Below, piece after piece: positions 50,145-63,327 of a stretch of 64,000 bases of DNA (positions are counted from its first letter, which is position 1; each line of letters starts with the position of its first letter). The notes beneath the pieces are model-generated. The model had not been told where the DNA came from and searched no databases. It was given only the letters and a program-made list of their open reading frames with translations. Source of the DNA: Octopus vulgaris. Lineage: Eukaryota. The stretch is taken from assembly GCA_951406725.2 (NCBI GenBank), contig OX597833.1:28334001-28398000 (forward strand). The letters are read 5' to 3'. A program made the translations under genes and the position numbers.

Positions 50145-52252
50145 GTGAGTATCCTTTCTGAAATACAGATTTAAGTATGCATATATATTTGTGTGTGTAT
50201 GTGTGTGTGTACATAGTTCAAATTTACAGAAAAAAAAACAATGAAGACATGTTAAGGAACAACAAACAGTTGTATTAGTTTGACGCTCAGGAAGAATGGA
50301 AAAGTCTTTGACATTTCAAGCTTACACTCTTCAACAGAAATGATTGAGAGGAAACAAAATGGAGCGAGAACGAAACAATGTGTAGGGATTAATGGTTCAA
50401 CATGATGGAAAAATTATATCTACACACACAAAACATACATTGCATATATGTACTAACTTCAGGTTGACTAAGAGCATGTACGTGGAATTTGTTGATGGAA
50501 ACTGTGCACAAGCATGGCTGAGCAGTTAAGAAGTTTCCTTCATAACCACATGGTCTCAGGTTTAGTCTGAATGCTACATGCTCTCCCCTGTCACATCCTC
50601 TATGTTCTGCAGGGTAGAGAAGGTGAAATGGCGTCATGTCTGCTTGTGATTACATAGGTACCTCAAAGCAATTACAAAAGAGTGGTTTGCAACCATTTTT
50701 TTTTTTACCTATGGACCCCTTTGATAACTTTTTTATTCTGGTGGACCACCATAGCCATTTGTTGTTTAAAAACTAGTTTTATTGATATTTCTTTGAAAAT
50801 TCCTATTTTATTTTTCACCCATTCACTTGTGTAGGCTTGCACAATAGCACTCTCTAAGAGAACATACTTCAGTGGCCGGACACCTGTTAAACTATGTAAA
50901 CTTTACAGAAAGAAACCCAGTTGTTGCTTACATGTAAAGCAAAATGTTTTTTTCATGATCCCTTAAAATGCTACTGTGTATCCTCAATTTACTATTTTGT
51001 TTGAGTGGACCTGCACAAAATCTTATATGGACCTTAGTTGTAAACCATTGAATAAAAGCATGGTACAAGCTTCCAGGTCATACAGTGGCCTGGGAACAAA
51101 ATTTGCTTAGTGGGTGCAAACTCAGTTCCAAAATTTGGCACTACTGGAGAAGTATGGATCCGAGTTCTAGAAGTGTGCATGTCACAAAGTAGTCGATTTT
51201 AGCACACAGGTAGACAACGAGACGTGCACAGGTAGACAGCGAGATGCGCGCTACTTGCTGTAAATGGAGGGTGGGTTATCCATCTAATACAAGAAGAAAA
51301 TTGCAGATAAATTGAATAAAAACATGAAAAATAACAAAATGATATTTCATTGAAAAGTAAACCATTCTGAAAGATAGTTCAGAATGTTTTGAAAACATTC
51401 ATCTCCAGCTTTTCCCATATTTTATTAAGGGTTAGAGGTTAGGGTTTAGTGTTAGGTTGAGGGTTAGGGGAGATGAATGTTTTTTTTCGGTATTCAATGA
51501 TTATTTTTCACGGATCTTTTCACTTTGACCAGCAGTATTTTAAAATAATTTCTTTGTAACTAAACACTTTTAAACTTCGTATACTGGTAGAATGTGTTAC
51601 ATAAAACATCTTTTTCTCTTGGCTTTCTTGAGAAAATTCTGTAGTTTGTAAGCTATTTGTTGTTAAATTTCTTGCATTTCAGCAATTTCAACCAATCAAT
51701 GGTGTCTATTGAGGTGAATACAATTTCTGCCGTAGTTTGTCAACAACAATTTCCTTTGGTGTCTACTCAGTTTGTCACTGTTATTTATGACATATTTCAT
51801 ATCAATTACGTCCGTATGAATAAAAGATTATTGTTATTAAACTTTTATTAATAAACGCATATTCTAAGTTCACAACATATGCAGTTTTAACTTCCCTCTC
51901 TGTTGCACAGATACACACATTACATATTGTATATTCGTTTAAGAAACAGATTGGGTTTATTTACATTTCTGAAGAAAAAAGATACCCTAACCCTAAAACA
52001 GATTGAAATGCAATAGATCGATACTAGGGCCATAATTATGGGTGGAGTACTAAAGCAGTATTTATGTTTGTATGTAATACACCCTACTGATAGTGTTTGT
52101 ATGTATGTATGTATGTATGTATGTGTGTGTGTGTGTGTGTATTATGTATGTACATATGCATATATGAGTGAATGAGTATTTGTATGTGAATACCTTTGTG
52201 TATGCATTTGTTTGTATATGTACTACTGATACATTATATATATATATTTCAG

Positions 52253-52285
52253 GAAGAGTATGGTCTCATCCCTCGGATATGTGAG
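52253..52285 (+). CDS. STARD9: Kinesin-3 33-bp exon, EEYGLIPRICE
   Basis: tttcag|GAA...GAG|gtaag; GLIPRICE kinesin motif; phase 0/0. Confidence 0.92.
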
Positions 52286-52919
52286 GTAAGAAATTTTGCT
52301 TTTCTGTTATGTAGCTATTACTGTGAGGGTGTGTATATTGTTATTGTTTAGCCCCAGAATAAGCTTTGATCAAGCAGACAACCATGACCAAAGTATTCCA
52401 ACGATGACTATACCATCTTAACTGCAAACAATTATTCAATTGGTACTTCCATTTATAAGATAGTAGGATGTGGTTTGAGAAAGATTTAGTAGCTGCTTTT
52501 TCTAGCAAATCACACTCCTATGTAGAGGCCATTTTGGGGATGTGTGTGTGTGTTGCACTGTGTATGTCAGTATTTCTCAACCAGTTTTTGCCTCTGGACC
52601 CCTTTGATTCCTGTTTTACTCAGATGGATCCTCTTAGCCATTCAATAGATAAAAAGTCATATCATAATATTTATAATTAAATATCATTAGGTATTGTATA
52701 AAAAAAATAATTAAAATATTTTATGTACTGTAGAAGTATAGCCAATTTATTACAAATAAAATTTAACAACAAAATCTTATATGGTCATATGGACCCTGGT
52801 TGAGAACCCTGGTGTATGAGGTTTGTGTGTATTTATCATACATACAAACCACATGCACCAGAGCAGGGACTACAATACTCCACCAAGCACTATATGTGGC
52901 ATCTCTGTCTCTATTTCAG

Positions 52920-52981
52920 GCTCTCTTCAGTCGGGTTGATGACTTCATTGATGACAATTTTACATTTAAAGTAGACATCAG
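52920..52981 (+). CDS. STARD9: Kinesin-3 exon, [20 protein letters not shown](S)
   Basis: tttcag|GCT...AG|gtaaac; 62 bp, phase 0/2; joins the next exon to give SYLEIYNE. Confidence 0.9.
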
Positions 52982-53219
52982 GTAAACTCATTTTATCTTC
53001 TTCCTTTCTTTCTTTGTCTTTTTCTTCCTTTTTAATCATGTTTCTCATTTTTTTGTCTTCAACTTTGTTCTCTGCCTTTCCTTTTGTTCGTTTCTCTTAT
53101 TTCTCCTATCACCTTCCTTCTCTCTATAAAGCCATCGCCGCCATCACCAGTCTCTCAAACACTATCTTCCTCTCTCACCACTCATTCACCTTAAATATGT
53201 CCACATGTCTCTATTGTAG

Positions 53220-53338
53220 CTATCTGGAAATTTACAATGAGAGAGTCAGAGACTTACTGCAAGCCCCACCAGTGAAACAATCAGAGAAATACACCCTGAA
53301 AGTTCGTGAACACCCCAAAGATGGTCCTTATGTTCAAG
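53220..53338 (+). CDS. STARD9: Kinesin-3 exon, (S)[39 protein letters not shown]
   Basis: tgtag|C...G|gtattt; 119 bp, phase 2/1; EIYNE.VRDLL and LKVREHP..GPYV motifs. Confidence 0.96.
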
Positions 53339-54910
53339 GTATTTATGTATTTAGCTATAGACATTGCCTGTTTATGTACATGTTTTAGTGGCTATAACCT
53401 ATTACAATGTAATTGCTTTTGTGATATATCATCACCCTTCCTAATGCCAACAACTTTATAGACACCCAGTAAAGTGGTTGGCATTAGGAATGGCATCCAG
53501 CTGTAGGAATCATGCAGAACAGACATCTGAAGCCTGGTGCAGCTCTATAGCTTACCAGCTTCAATCTCACCTTCTAACCCATACTAGCAGGGAAAACGGA
53601 CATTAAATGATGATTATGTTTCTATGTTTACACAGATCAGACAAATTTTTCTACTTCCAGATGCTCTTCCTGTCATCAACCCTCATTTCTGAGCAAAGTA
53701 ACATTTCCTTCAAACAACATAATGGCTGCACATGCTTTTCATGAAAGATTGCAAAATGATACACACTTATATTAAAATAATGTTTGTATACAGTTAGCAC
53801 ATAATACCTAGACAAGGAAAGACTCACACACGCATGTACATATATACATAGTACTGGTGTCATGTAAAAAGTATCAAGTACACTGAAGTGTTGGCATTAG
53901 GAAGGGCATCCAGCTGTAGAAACCATGCCGAAGCAAATATTGGAACCTCTGGCTCAATTGTCCTTGTCAAGCTATCCAACCTATGCCAGCATAGAAAAGG
54001 GGATATTAAATAATGAGCTTCTTTCAGTTTCTGTCTACCAGATTTCTCACAAAGCCTTTGCTATACGACTATAATAGAAGACACTTGCCCATGCCATGAG
54101 ACTGAATCTGAAAGCACAGAATTTTTATGTGAATTTCTTAATCATCCAGCCATGACTGCACACACAGATATACATATATTGTGTGCGGGTAAAATTACTG
54201 AAGCAAACAATATTGATTTCTGTCATATGCACATGGTTATATTTGGCAAACTGGCAAAGTCATTAAAGTGTTGGCATTCATTCCAGCTCTCTATGCTTGA
54301 AGTACAAATCTCTCTGAGGTCAATTTTGCCTTACATCTTTTCAGGGTCTCTCTCTCTCTCTCTCTCTCTGGAATATGCTCCACCAGTTTAGATGCCCAAG
54401 ATCCATGTATAGAACATGGTGGTGCCCCCCAGAAATTGGAGGCAAGTCATAAGACTACAAATTTGGGAATACAATTGATACAGTTGATACAATTGGTGAT
54501 ACTTATTTTATTATTTTATCAACCATGGAAGCATGATAAAGCCATATTGATTTTGGCAAGATTTGAAATAAAAAAATATGAGAGGGGTACGTCTAAATGT
54601 TAAGCCAGTCCACTTGCCCTTGTAACAAATTAAACAATATCAGGCATGTAAACCATACCTTTGTAAACACTAATCTAAGATTGGAATAAAGAATAATAAA
54701 ACTACAGGACCCAAACCATAAATCTGTTAGTAACTGCTGAACATGGAGTTTACTCTTGGAGAACAATGTCCTCCTGAAATTTGGTTCAATTGGGAAAAGT
54801 TTGAATGTCATAACTACCAAAAATACCATTTGTCCTGTCTCAAAAAATCTTAAACTTTATGACTAGAAGTTAGTTAGCTGTATCTTGTAGCCTTTTTATA
54901 TATACATATA

Positions 54911-56048
54911 CAGAGTGTGATGGGTAAATTGTCACCATTTTATAGTTTTAATTTCATACATGCGCATTGTTTGTTTTTGATTTTGTCAACTACACAGTTT
55001 AGTAGGATCAGTTTGGCACCATCTGTGAGAAAAACAGCACTATGATACGATTCACTCTGCCAGAAATTTGGAAACGACATGCTCTACTGCTTGGCATTCA
55101 TGCTGGAAGCTCCAATACGAACATTTCAGAATGTTTGGGTGTCAATCTGAGGACAGTACAGAGGATTCAGAAAGAGTTGGATGAGTCTAATGGTGATTAT
55201 GAAGGTTTGTAGCTCAGAAAACTCACTCTGATCATTCTGATAAGAAAAGATCTGAATTTTTTGGTGAGATCCAGGCCATAATTGACAACAATCCCTCCAA
55301 GTCAGTCAAGTCCATTGCTAGAGATACGGGAGTTTTTTATCAGGTAGGTAGTGCATGAATACATTCGGTATTCCTCATACAAGATAAGAAAGGGCTAATT
55401 TTTATCCGAAGTGTTCAAAGACAAGAGGAATGACTGTGCTACAAAGCTTTCAAACAAACTCAAGCATCCCCTCCAACTGAACATACTTTGGTTTTTCTCC
55501 GACGAGAATAATTTCTGCCAGAACAGATGGTAAACACACAGAATAACCGTTGGCTTTGTCGTGTCCCCAAATCATATACAGACAATGATAAAAATCAAAA
55601 ATCCAGTCAACATCATGGTGTTTGGAGTGATGGTGACATGCATCCATTCATCTTCCTACTCAGCCTCAGATGCAACATGGAGGTCTACATCAAGTGTCTG
55701 GAAGAGGTAGTGTGGCCCTGGGTCAAGAGGGTGGCTGCTGGAAAACCCTATGTCTGGCAACAGGACTCTGCACCATGCTACACAAGCAGAACCCAGTCAT
55801 GGCTGTCAGACAATTTCTGCAATCACATTACCCCTAACATCTGGCCACCCAACTCCCCAGACTGCAACCCTCTTATGTGTAGAGTACAGTTGAGAGAGAG
55901 ACCAACAAAACTCCTTTGTAACAACCAAAGATGAACTGAAGGCAAAGATTATAGCAGCATTCACCATTTTAAACAAGGAGATCGTCCAGAAAAGTTGCAG
56001 GAGATTCTGAAGTCATAATTTAGATGACAATTTATTCATCGCACCATG
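54911..56048 (+). mobile_element. DD37D-like Tc1/mariner transposon, decayed
   Basis: TA-flanked TIRs cagagtgtgatgggtaaattgtcacc / gatgacaatttattcatcgcaccatg; FSDE...NTQNNRW...YVWQQDSAPC...WPPNSPDCNPL. Confidence 0.88.
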
Positions 56049-56609
56049 TATATATATAATCTACCTGACTGGCATCCATGCTGGTGACATGTAAAAAGGA
56101 CCAACCGATTGTGGCTGTTTGCCAGCCTCCTCTGGCCCTTGTGCCGGTGGCATGTAAGAAACACCCACTACACTCACGGAGTGGTTGGCGTTAGGAAGGG
56201 CATCAAGCTGTAGAAACACTGCCAGATCAGACTGGAGCCTGGCGCAGCCTCCTGGCTTCCCAGACCCCAGTCGAACTGTCCAACCCATGCTAGCATGGAA
56301 AATGGACGTTAAACGATGATGATGATAATAATCAATTGAGGAAACAGAAGATGGATTTGGTATTAGTCTTTTTTTCATACAATGATCATTTCAACCCATT
56401 CTGCAACTGTCATTTATGGGTGGGATATTGTGCATCCTATTGTGCATCTAATTGACATATACCCATTAGTCCAAAAAATAAAAATCATCCAACCCAGCCA
56501 GCATGGAAAGTGGACGTTAAATGATGATGATATATATAAATATATATATAAATAAACATTATTATTTCTAAATCTCTCAAAGAGAGATATTCAGTAACAA
56601 TTCTTTAAA

Positions 56610-56928
56610 GTAAAGGCTATTTACCAACATAATGTGGCTGTCCTGGAAGGGACGATTGTTACTGTTGTTTAGCCCCAGGGAACATCATTTCCAGCTGGCT
56701 ATATGACATAATATCTGTGTCCTTATATTTTTGAACAGGGAGTTATTGCAATAACCCAGAAAACAGTCCACAGATGTTGCTTTGTGCTGGATGGGAGGCT
56801 GGACTCCTTGTTCGAAAATATAAGGACACAGATATTGTGTTGTATAGCCAGCTGGAAATGATGTTTTCTGGGGGCTAAACATCAGTAACAACAGGACAGC
56901 CACATTACATTGGCAAATAGCCTTTACT
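56610..56928. mobile_element. Fold-back/MITE-like element with ~135-bp imperfect TIRs
   Basis: agtaaaggctattt.cca...tgtccttatattt / aaatataaggacaca...aaatagcctttact; followed by (TA)n. Confidence 0.7.
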
Positions 56929-56929
56929 G

Positions 56930-56982
<53 letters not shown>

Positions 56983-57176
56983 TAGTCCAAAAATTATGCT
57001 ATGTATATATACTCTTTTATATATATGATGTTATATTGTATCTAGCAAAGAATATATTTGTTTGATTATTAAAGGATTTTTCTACTTAATTCCAAAGATT
57101 AAATCCATGTATGCAACTTTGAGATGTATTCTCTTGATTTTTACCAAAACTTATTGGTGTTGTTCTTCTTGAACAG

Positions 57177-57246
57177 ATTTGTCCCGGCATCTTATTAAAG
57201 ATAACCAACAAATTCAGTCTCTGATTGAGAAAGCTAATGAAAATCG
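57177..57246 (+). CDS. STARD9: Kinesin-3 exon, (D)LSRHLIKDNQQIQSLIEKANEN(R)
   Basis: gaacag|AT...CG|gtaagt; 70 bp, phase 1/2; in frame with both neighbours. Confidence 0.9.
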
Positions 57247-57693
57247 GTAAGTATTTGGGTTTTTTTTAAGCCAGACTTTTATAAATAGTACTGAATTGTC
57301 TTTTAGTTATAGATGTTCTTTGACTCCACTATGAATTAATGCATTTAAGCAGAGTAATGATCCACAGCCAGTCAGTCACACACCTGTATGGATCAACTGG
57401 TCCAATATTCTCAATGGCCACTAACTTTGTCTTTTAGTTTATTGCATGGAGTACAGTGTGGCTGCCTGGGAAGGTTGTATTTCTTATCCATCTTTTAGGG
57501 TTAGGTGGTACCCATTACAGTGGGTGGGGCCAAATGATCATGGTCAGAATGAGAGTACTTTTAGATGTGTCGGGACAGGAATTTAATTATAACTGTCCCT
57601 TAGAATTTTTTAAAAATATATTTTAAATGTTCAAGTCTTATTATCCCACAAGCTCTCCCAGCTAATCAGTGGATCAAAATTGCTATTTTCCAG

Positions 57694-57766
57694 AACAACA
57701 TCATCCACTCACATGCATCAACACAGCAGTCGAAGTCATGCTATTGTTACAGTCACATTCACACAG
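57694..57766 (+). CDS. STARD9: Kinesin-3 switch I exon, (R)TTSSTHMHQHSSRSHAIVTVTFTQ
   Basis: ttttccag|A...CAG|gtatgt; 73 bp, phase 2/0; SSRSHAI motif, with HxxSSRSH as in STARD9. Confidence 0.95.
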
Positions 57767-58560
57767 GTATGTAGAATTATGTCATTATTGTTTTAATATC
57801 TACTTTTCCATACTTACATGGGTCAGACAAGACTACAGCTGAATGCCGTTTGTAGTGTGATCCCTCACTTGTTGTCAAGCAAGGTAATAATCTCCTTGTC
57901 TATTGAGCAACTAACAACCTGGACAAAGTTTCACAGAGAGAACTGGAAACAAATGACACCATTTGAATGTGCATTTTGTTTATAAAAATATCACATGTAA
58001 AGAAGCACAGACATGCTTAAATGGTGGACTGCAAGCAAATCACACAGCCTGTATAAACAGTGATGCTTTTGTTTACATACAGTGAATGCATATGAAGACA
58101 AAAGGAAATATGAACTTGTTCACACACACACACACACACATTTATATGATGAGCATCTTCAGTTTTCATCTATCAATTTCACTCACAAGGAATAATATAA
58201 AATGTTAGGCAACATTCATGCAGTGGAACCAAACCCCTAACCACATGATTCTGAAGCAAATTCTTAACCACACATTCATACCTATATATGTATGTGTGTG
58301 TGTATAGCCATCTAGGTATCATGCATAATGTACATGCATATGAACCTTTGAAAGGCATGATGCTGTGTAGTTTTTGTCAGAGAGAAAATCTCTTCATTGA
58401 TATGTTGTGTTAAAAACAATATATATTGGAGTGGGATGAACATAGACCTGGCAGTGATTCATGAGAATGCCCTGCATGCTTCAGCCCACTTGAACAAAAA
58501 CCATAGTATTATGCCTTTCAGTGGTGTATGTGTGTGCATATATTATTATCATTATTATTA

Positions 58561-58908
58561 TTACCTCCACCTTAGCAAAGGCAGAGGTATTGTTTACAGT
58601 CGTGTTTGTTTATTTGTCCATGGACAAGATATGTCAAGAACCACTGGATAGATTCGGATGTTTGGCCTTGTGACTGGCACAAACTGATTAGATTTTGGGA
58701 TCAATCTGGTCTGGACAAGGATTCTGGATTATTTTTCCTGTTTTTTACTTAATTTTTGAGAGTGGTTGGGTTCATTTTTAGTATTCTCTTTGTGAGAGCA
58801 ATCGAGTTTATTTCAGATATTCTCATTTTACAAATCATCTCTGGTTAATCATTGAGAGGATGTTGGTGTTGCCTTGGCAGAGGCTTGTGCACTCTGAGTG
58901 CTCTTGTT
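58561..58908 (+). mobile_element. Helentron-associated (HINE/DINE-like) element
   Basis: 5' ttacctccacc..ggcagaggta stem; 3' ccttggcagagg inverted repeat plus gcactctgagtgc hairpin; inserted in TT of an (ATT)n tract. Confidence 0.65.
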
Positions 58909-59153
58909 ATTATTATTATCATTTTTATAAAGGTGGCAAGCTAGCAAAATTATTAACACACTGGATGTAATACTTAGGGTATTTCACCCATTTGCTACGC
59001 TCTGAGTTCAAGTTCTGCCAAGGGTTGATGAAATAAATACCAGTTGAACACTGGGTTCAATGTAATCACCTTACCCCCTTCCCCGATGCTACTGGCTTTG
59101 TACCAAAATGTGAAACCATTATTATTATCATTATTATTTTTGTTTTCTTTCAG

Positions 59154-59221
59154 GCAAGGTTGGAAGATGATTTACCAAGTGAGATTGTTAGTAAAGTCCA
59201 TCTTGTGGATCTTGCTGGCAG
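59154..59221 (+). CDS. STARD9: Kinesin-3 switch II exon, ARLEDDLPSEIVSKVHLVDLAG(S)
   Basis: ctttcag|GCA...AG|gtaggt; 68 bp, phase 0/2; LVDLAGS motif. Confidence 0.95.
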
Positions 59222-59740
59222 GTAGGTGCTTACTATTTCCTAATGTTGATGCTGACAGTGATAATAATTCATTTATTAGGCAGGTTTTTTTTTTAATGGG
59301 AAGGGGTGTAGTATTTTAGCAGTGATTATTTTATGAAATGGATGAAAAATGGGATTTAGGATTTGAATTTGAAATAGAATGAACATAATACTATTATGCA
59401 TCTAATACTATAATATATCTTGTGAGTTAGTGAGGGTATGTGGCCCTAGTATGATCACAAGATCATAGTTCGATTCCTGGAGCAGGTAGTGCATTGTGTT
59501 CTTGAGCCAAACAGTTCATCTCGCATCACTCTACAATCACTTCAACAGTTGATGTGTGTACAGGCAATGTTGAGTTGATGGAGACAGGGAATGAGCTAAT
59601 GCACAGCTCAAACATTTGATCACTGTAAATAATCCTTTATGCTGGTTGTTCAGTAATAAATTGCAGGACTCACACCTGTTGTCTACAACAAGAGTCTGTG
59701 GTGGTGTGTCTCTATTTCTGCCAGCTAACTACTATAATAA

Positions 59741-60033
59741 TCTTATATTATAAAAGAGATGCAGATCTCCAGCTGTCTGTCTGTCACAACTCCTATCAGA
59801 GGGAGGGAAAAAGGAGAAGAATCAAAATATACATCACACCGTATTGTTAGAACAAGGGGAGGAGAAAAAGTTGTTGTTGAGTGTATGTATGTGTGAAAGA
59901 AAGAGAGATAGGTAGTGTTGTCCCCATAGTAACTAACAAGACTTTCACTATATAACAGTCTACAATTAAAAGAAGATAAATACTTGATAAACAAATATTT
60001 TTATAGGCAGCATAGTGACAGGTAAAGACCTAG
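59741..60033 (+). mobile_element. Non-autonomous Helitron-like element, decayed
   Basis: A|TCTTATATTATAAAA...ctgtctgtctgtc...CTAG|T. Confidence 0.5.
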
Positions 60034-61343
60034 TAATAATAATGATTTATAACACATGCACACAGCTACAGATGGTACAGTATATCCATCATCATCTGCA
60101 AGATGATGATGGATATATGATCAAGAGAAGGTAAACTAGTAGGTTTCTTCCTCTAAAACTTCTTATATTTAGTCTTTATTGACTATACTGCATTTATAAG
60201 TGATAACCCTTTGACCACTCAAAAATAACTGACATATTTTGGAATTACATCTGTAATTCCTATTGTTACAGGTTTTTGTTATCTTAGTTGTGATGTGGCA
60301 AATAGAAATGCTTCAAAACAATGGTACCAATTGACATGGGTAGCAACATGCAAACTTTACTTCATCTGTTCAATCACCAAGAAAATTGGAATTATTTTTC
60401 CAATGAAACAGTTTCCTTCTATAGTAGTTATCTCTGACAATAACAAAAACACTAGCAACAAGATAAATGCTAGACATTGCAATCTTTTATGATTTGTACT
60501 TGGGAGTTCATTTTCCACAAAGAACAACTCACAAATGGATAATGACAAGAGCACAGATTTCTCAGCTTATAATAGTATTTAATGTTCAGAAAGATTAATT
60601 TTGATTGGACATTATTTTGAGAAGATCAAATATACCACCGGCCACTCAAGTTGTGAGTCATAAAAATCAAACAATAAAGTATTATTATGTTGGAAGAGCT
60701 TTATGAAAGACTCACATTTCAGAAGCTTTATAACTAGATGTAATATTAATTTTAATGAAACTGTTGACCTTGCTACAGATAAAATCTAATGATGACAGCA
60801 AATTGATCAGTGTTGTGTGTATATCTCCTACATTGTGTATTACTGTTTATTGAAATGGAAGAGGATATTAATAGTTGTATCAACTCAGGAAGGATGAAAG
60901 GCAAAGCTGACCTCAGTGGTATTTGAACACGAGTTGTAACTAAATGCTGCAAAATAGTTTAGCCAGCATGCAATCCACTTCCTTAATGATAATAGTAATT
61001 GCTAATATAGGAATGAGGTAAGAAATTTGTTGTGGGGAAACAATTGATTATATTGCATCCCATATTTGACCTGAGAAAAAAAGTTGATCTTGATGGAATT
61101 TGATCTCTGAATATAAAGGATTATAACAAATACAGCAAAGCATTTTGTCCAATGCTCTAATGATAATGCTGGGACACAAATTTATTGGAAAGGTTTACAA
61201 TTTATAGAATAAACCCTAATTCATTACTGGTACATATTTTATTGAACATAAAACTCAATCAAAATTAAACTATTTCTGAAAATCAAATAACCCTCTTTAT
61301 TGCCAGACTGAAGACTTATGTGTTTATATTGTGTATTTTTCAG

Positions 61344-61450
61344 TGAACGAGCCTCAACTACACAGAATCTGAACTATAAAGACCGGTTGAAGGAAGGCGC
61401 TAACATCAACAAGTCTTTAGTGACACTTGGCAATGTTATTAAATGTCTTG
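61344..61450 (+). CDS. STARD9: Kinesin-3 exon, (S)ERASTTQNLNYKDRLKEGANINKSLVTLGNVIKCL
   Basis: ttttcag|T...G|gtaagg; 107 bp, phase 2/1; RLKEGANINKSL.TLG.VI motif. Confidence 0.96.
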
Positions 61451-62917
61451 GTAAGGTGCTAAACTTGGTATTTCATGAGCTCTTCATAGTAACCCAGAGA
61501 GGATCACAGGGTCAATATCTGATATTTATTATCAATGATTGTTTACTCTAGGTTAGCCTTAATTATGGTCAAAAGCATTCTAGTCTTGGTCTTCTGTTAT
61601 ATTTAATCAAACACAGTGCATCAAGGACTAAATTATCCAATGTGACCTTCATTTTTTTAAGATGGTAAGGTGTGATCCAACGGGGATTTAGCTACAAATT
61701 TATCACATCAATGAGGAAACCTCAGTTGAGATGGATTCCTAAACTGGGTGTTACATCACCTTGTCATAACAGCAGAGAGGGACTTTTGGAGAAATCATTA
61801 CAATAAATGGAGTTATTTCCCCTCGAACTTCAGTTAACTGATTTTACTCTCTCAGTGGTCAAGTGGATAGAGCATCAGAAAAGAGTGTAGGCATAGCCAT
61901 GTGGTTAAGAAATTCACTTTAAAATTGTGTAGTTTTGGGTTCAGTCCTACAGCATAGCTCCTTGGGTGAGTGTCTTCAACAATAATCAACTAAGGTCTTA
62001 TGAGTGGATTTTGTAGACAGAAACTGAAAGAAGCCTGTCATGTGTCCTTTTGTTTTGGCATCATGTGATGATTATAAGCAAGCATCCCAGTCATAGAAGT
62101 AATGTTGTTCATTTCCAGTCTTCCATGAAAATATGTCTGATTATAGGGAAATATTATCTTGCTTGGAAACAGGTGAGGGTTGGTAACCGGAAGGGCATCC
62201 AGTTGCAGGAAATCTGTCTCAACAAATTCCACCTGACCCAGGCAAGCATGAAAAAGTGAGCATTAAATGGTGATAATAATGATGGTGCATGTGTCATCTC
62301 CTTGTCTTGACATTTTGTGCTAATTGTTATTAAGCATCATCATTACACAAACGCTTTCATTTGTTTGCAATTTTCCATGGAAACGTTTTTGGTCATTGCA
62401 CTGTCCATATTCGAGGGACAAGAGGAAATATTAATTTCAAATTTTGACACAAGGCCAGCAATTTCAGGACAGAGGTATAGTTGATTACATCAACCCCTCC
62501 CATTGCTCAATTGATAGTTATTTTATTGATTCCAAAAGGATGAGAGGCAAGGTTGGCCTCAGCAGAATTTGAACTCAGAACATGAAGACATACAAAATGC
62601 CACTAAGCATTTCACCCAGCATGCTAACAATTCTGCAAGATCACTGCCTTAACTAGGGGAAATATTACCTTGCTTGCAAACAGATGAAGGTTGGTTACAG
62701 GAAGAGCATCTGGCTGTAGAAAATCTTTGTTTCAATGAATTTTATCTGACTCCTGTACATATGGTAAGGTGTTAACTGAACACTGGCTGGGGCTTTATGA
62801 ACCCCAATTGGGGTTGCCTGAGTGAAAGTGTCTAATGTTGGAAGACCTGAAATACCTAAAAGTTCCAGGTGCATCACTGGATGATATATGGAATATATAT
62901 ATATCATACACACACAT

Positions 62918-63096
62918 ATCCAAAACACTTGCAAAGAATATGGAGACTGATACATCTTCAAATTTTTCTTTAAATTAACAGTTAATTATACAGCATAATT
63001 AGTTAATTAAACTAACTATGCTGTATAATTAGCTGTTATATTAAAGAAAAATTTGAAGATGTATCAGTCTCCATATTCTTTGCAAGTGTTTTGGAT
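62918..63096. repeat. ~180-bp near-perfect palindrome
   Basis: atccaaaacacttgcaaagaatatggagactgatacatcttcaaatttttctttaa is mirrored exactly; the inner part has a few mismatches and a tiny loop. Confidence 0.92.
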
Positions 63097-63284
63097 TTAT
63101 GCTCTCAAAAATATTCATAATCCAGAGAAGTGAATCCAGATTTATCCATCAGAAGTATTACTGTGGGACTGCTCACACTCAGCAATCCTTGATGTTTCTT
63201 ACTACCTGAGGACCTGGAACATACCTGAGACGGTTCCCGCTTGGGTAATTTATCCCTGTATACTCATTGTGTGTGTGTGTGTAT

Positions 63285-63327
<43 letters not shown>

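Noticed and set aside
63205-63245. CTGAGGA...GAGAC hammerhead-like string
   Set aside because: GAAA is not intact and there is no convincing stem I or III.
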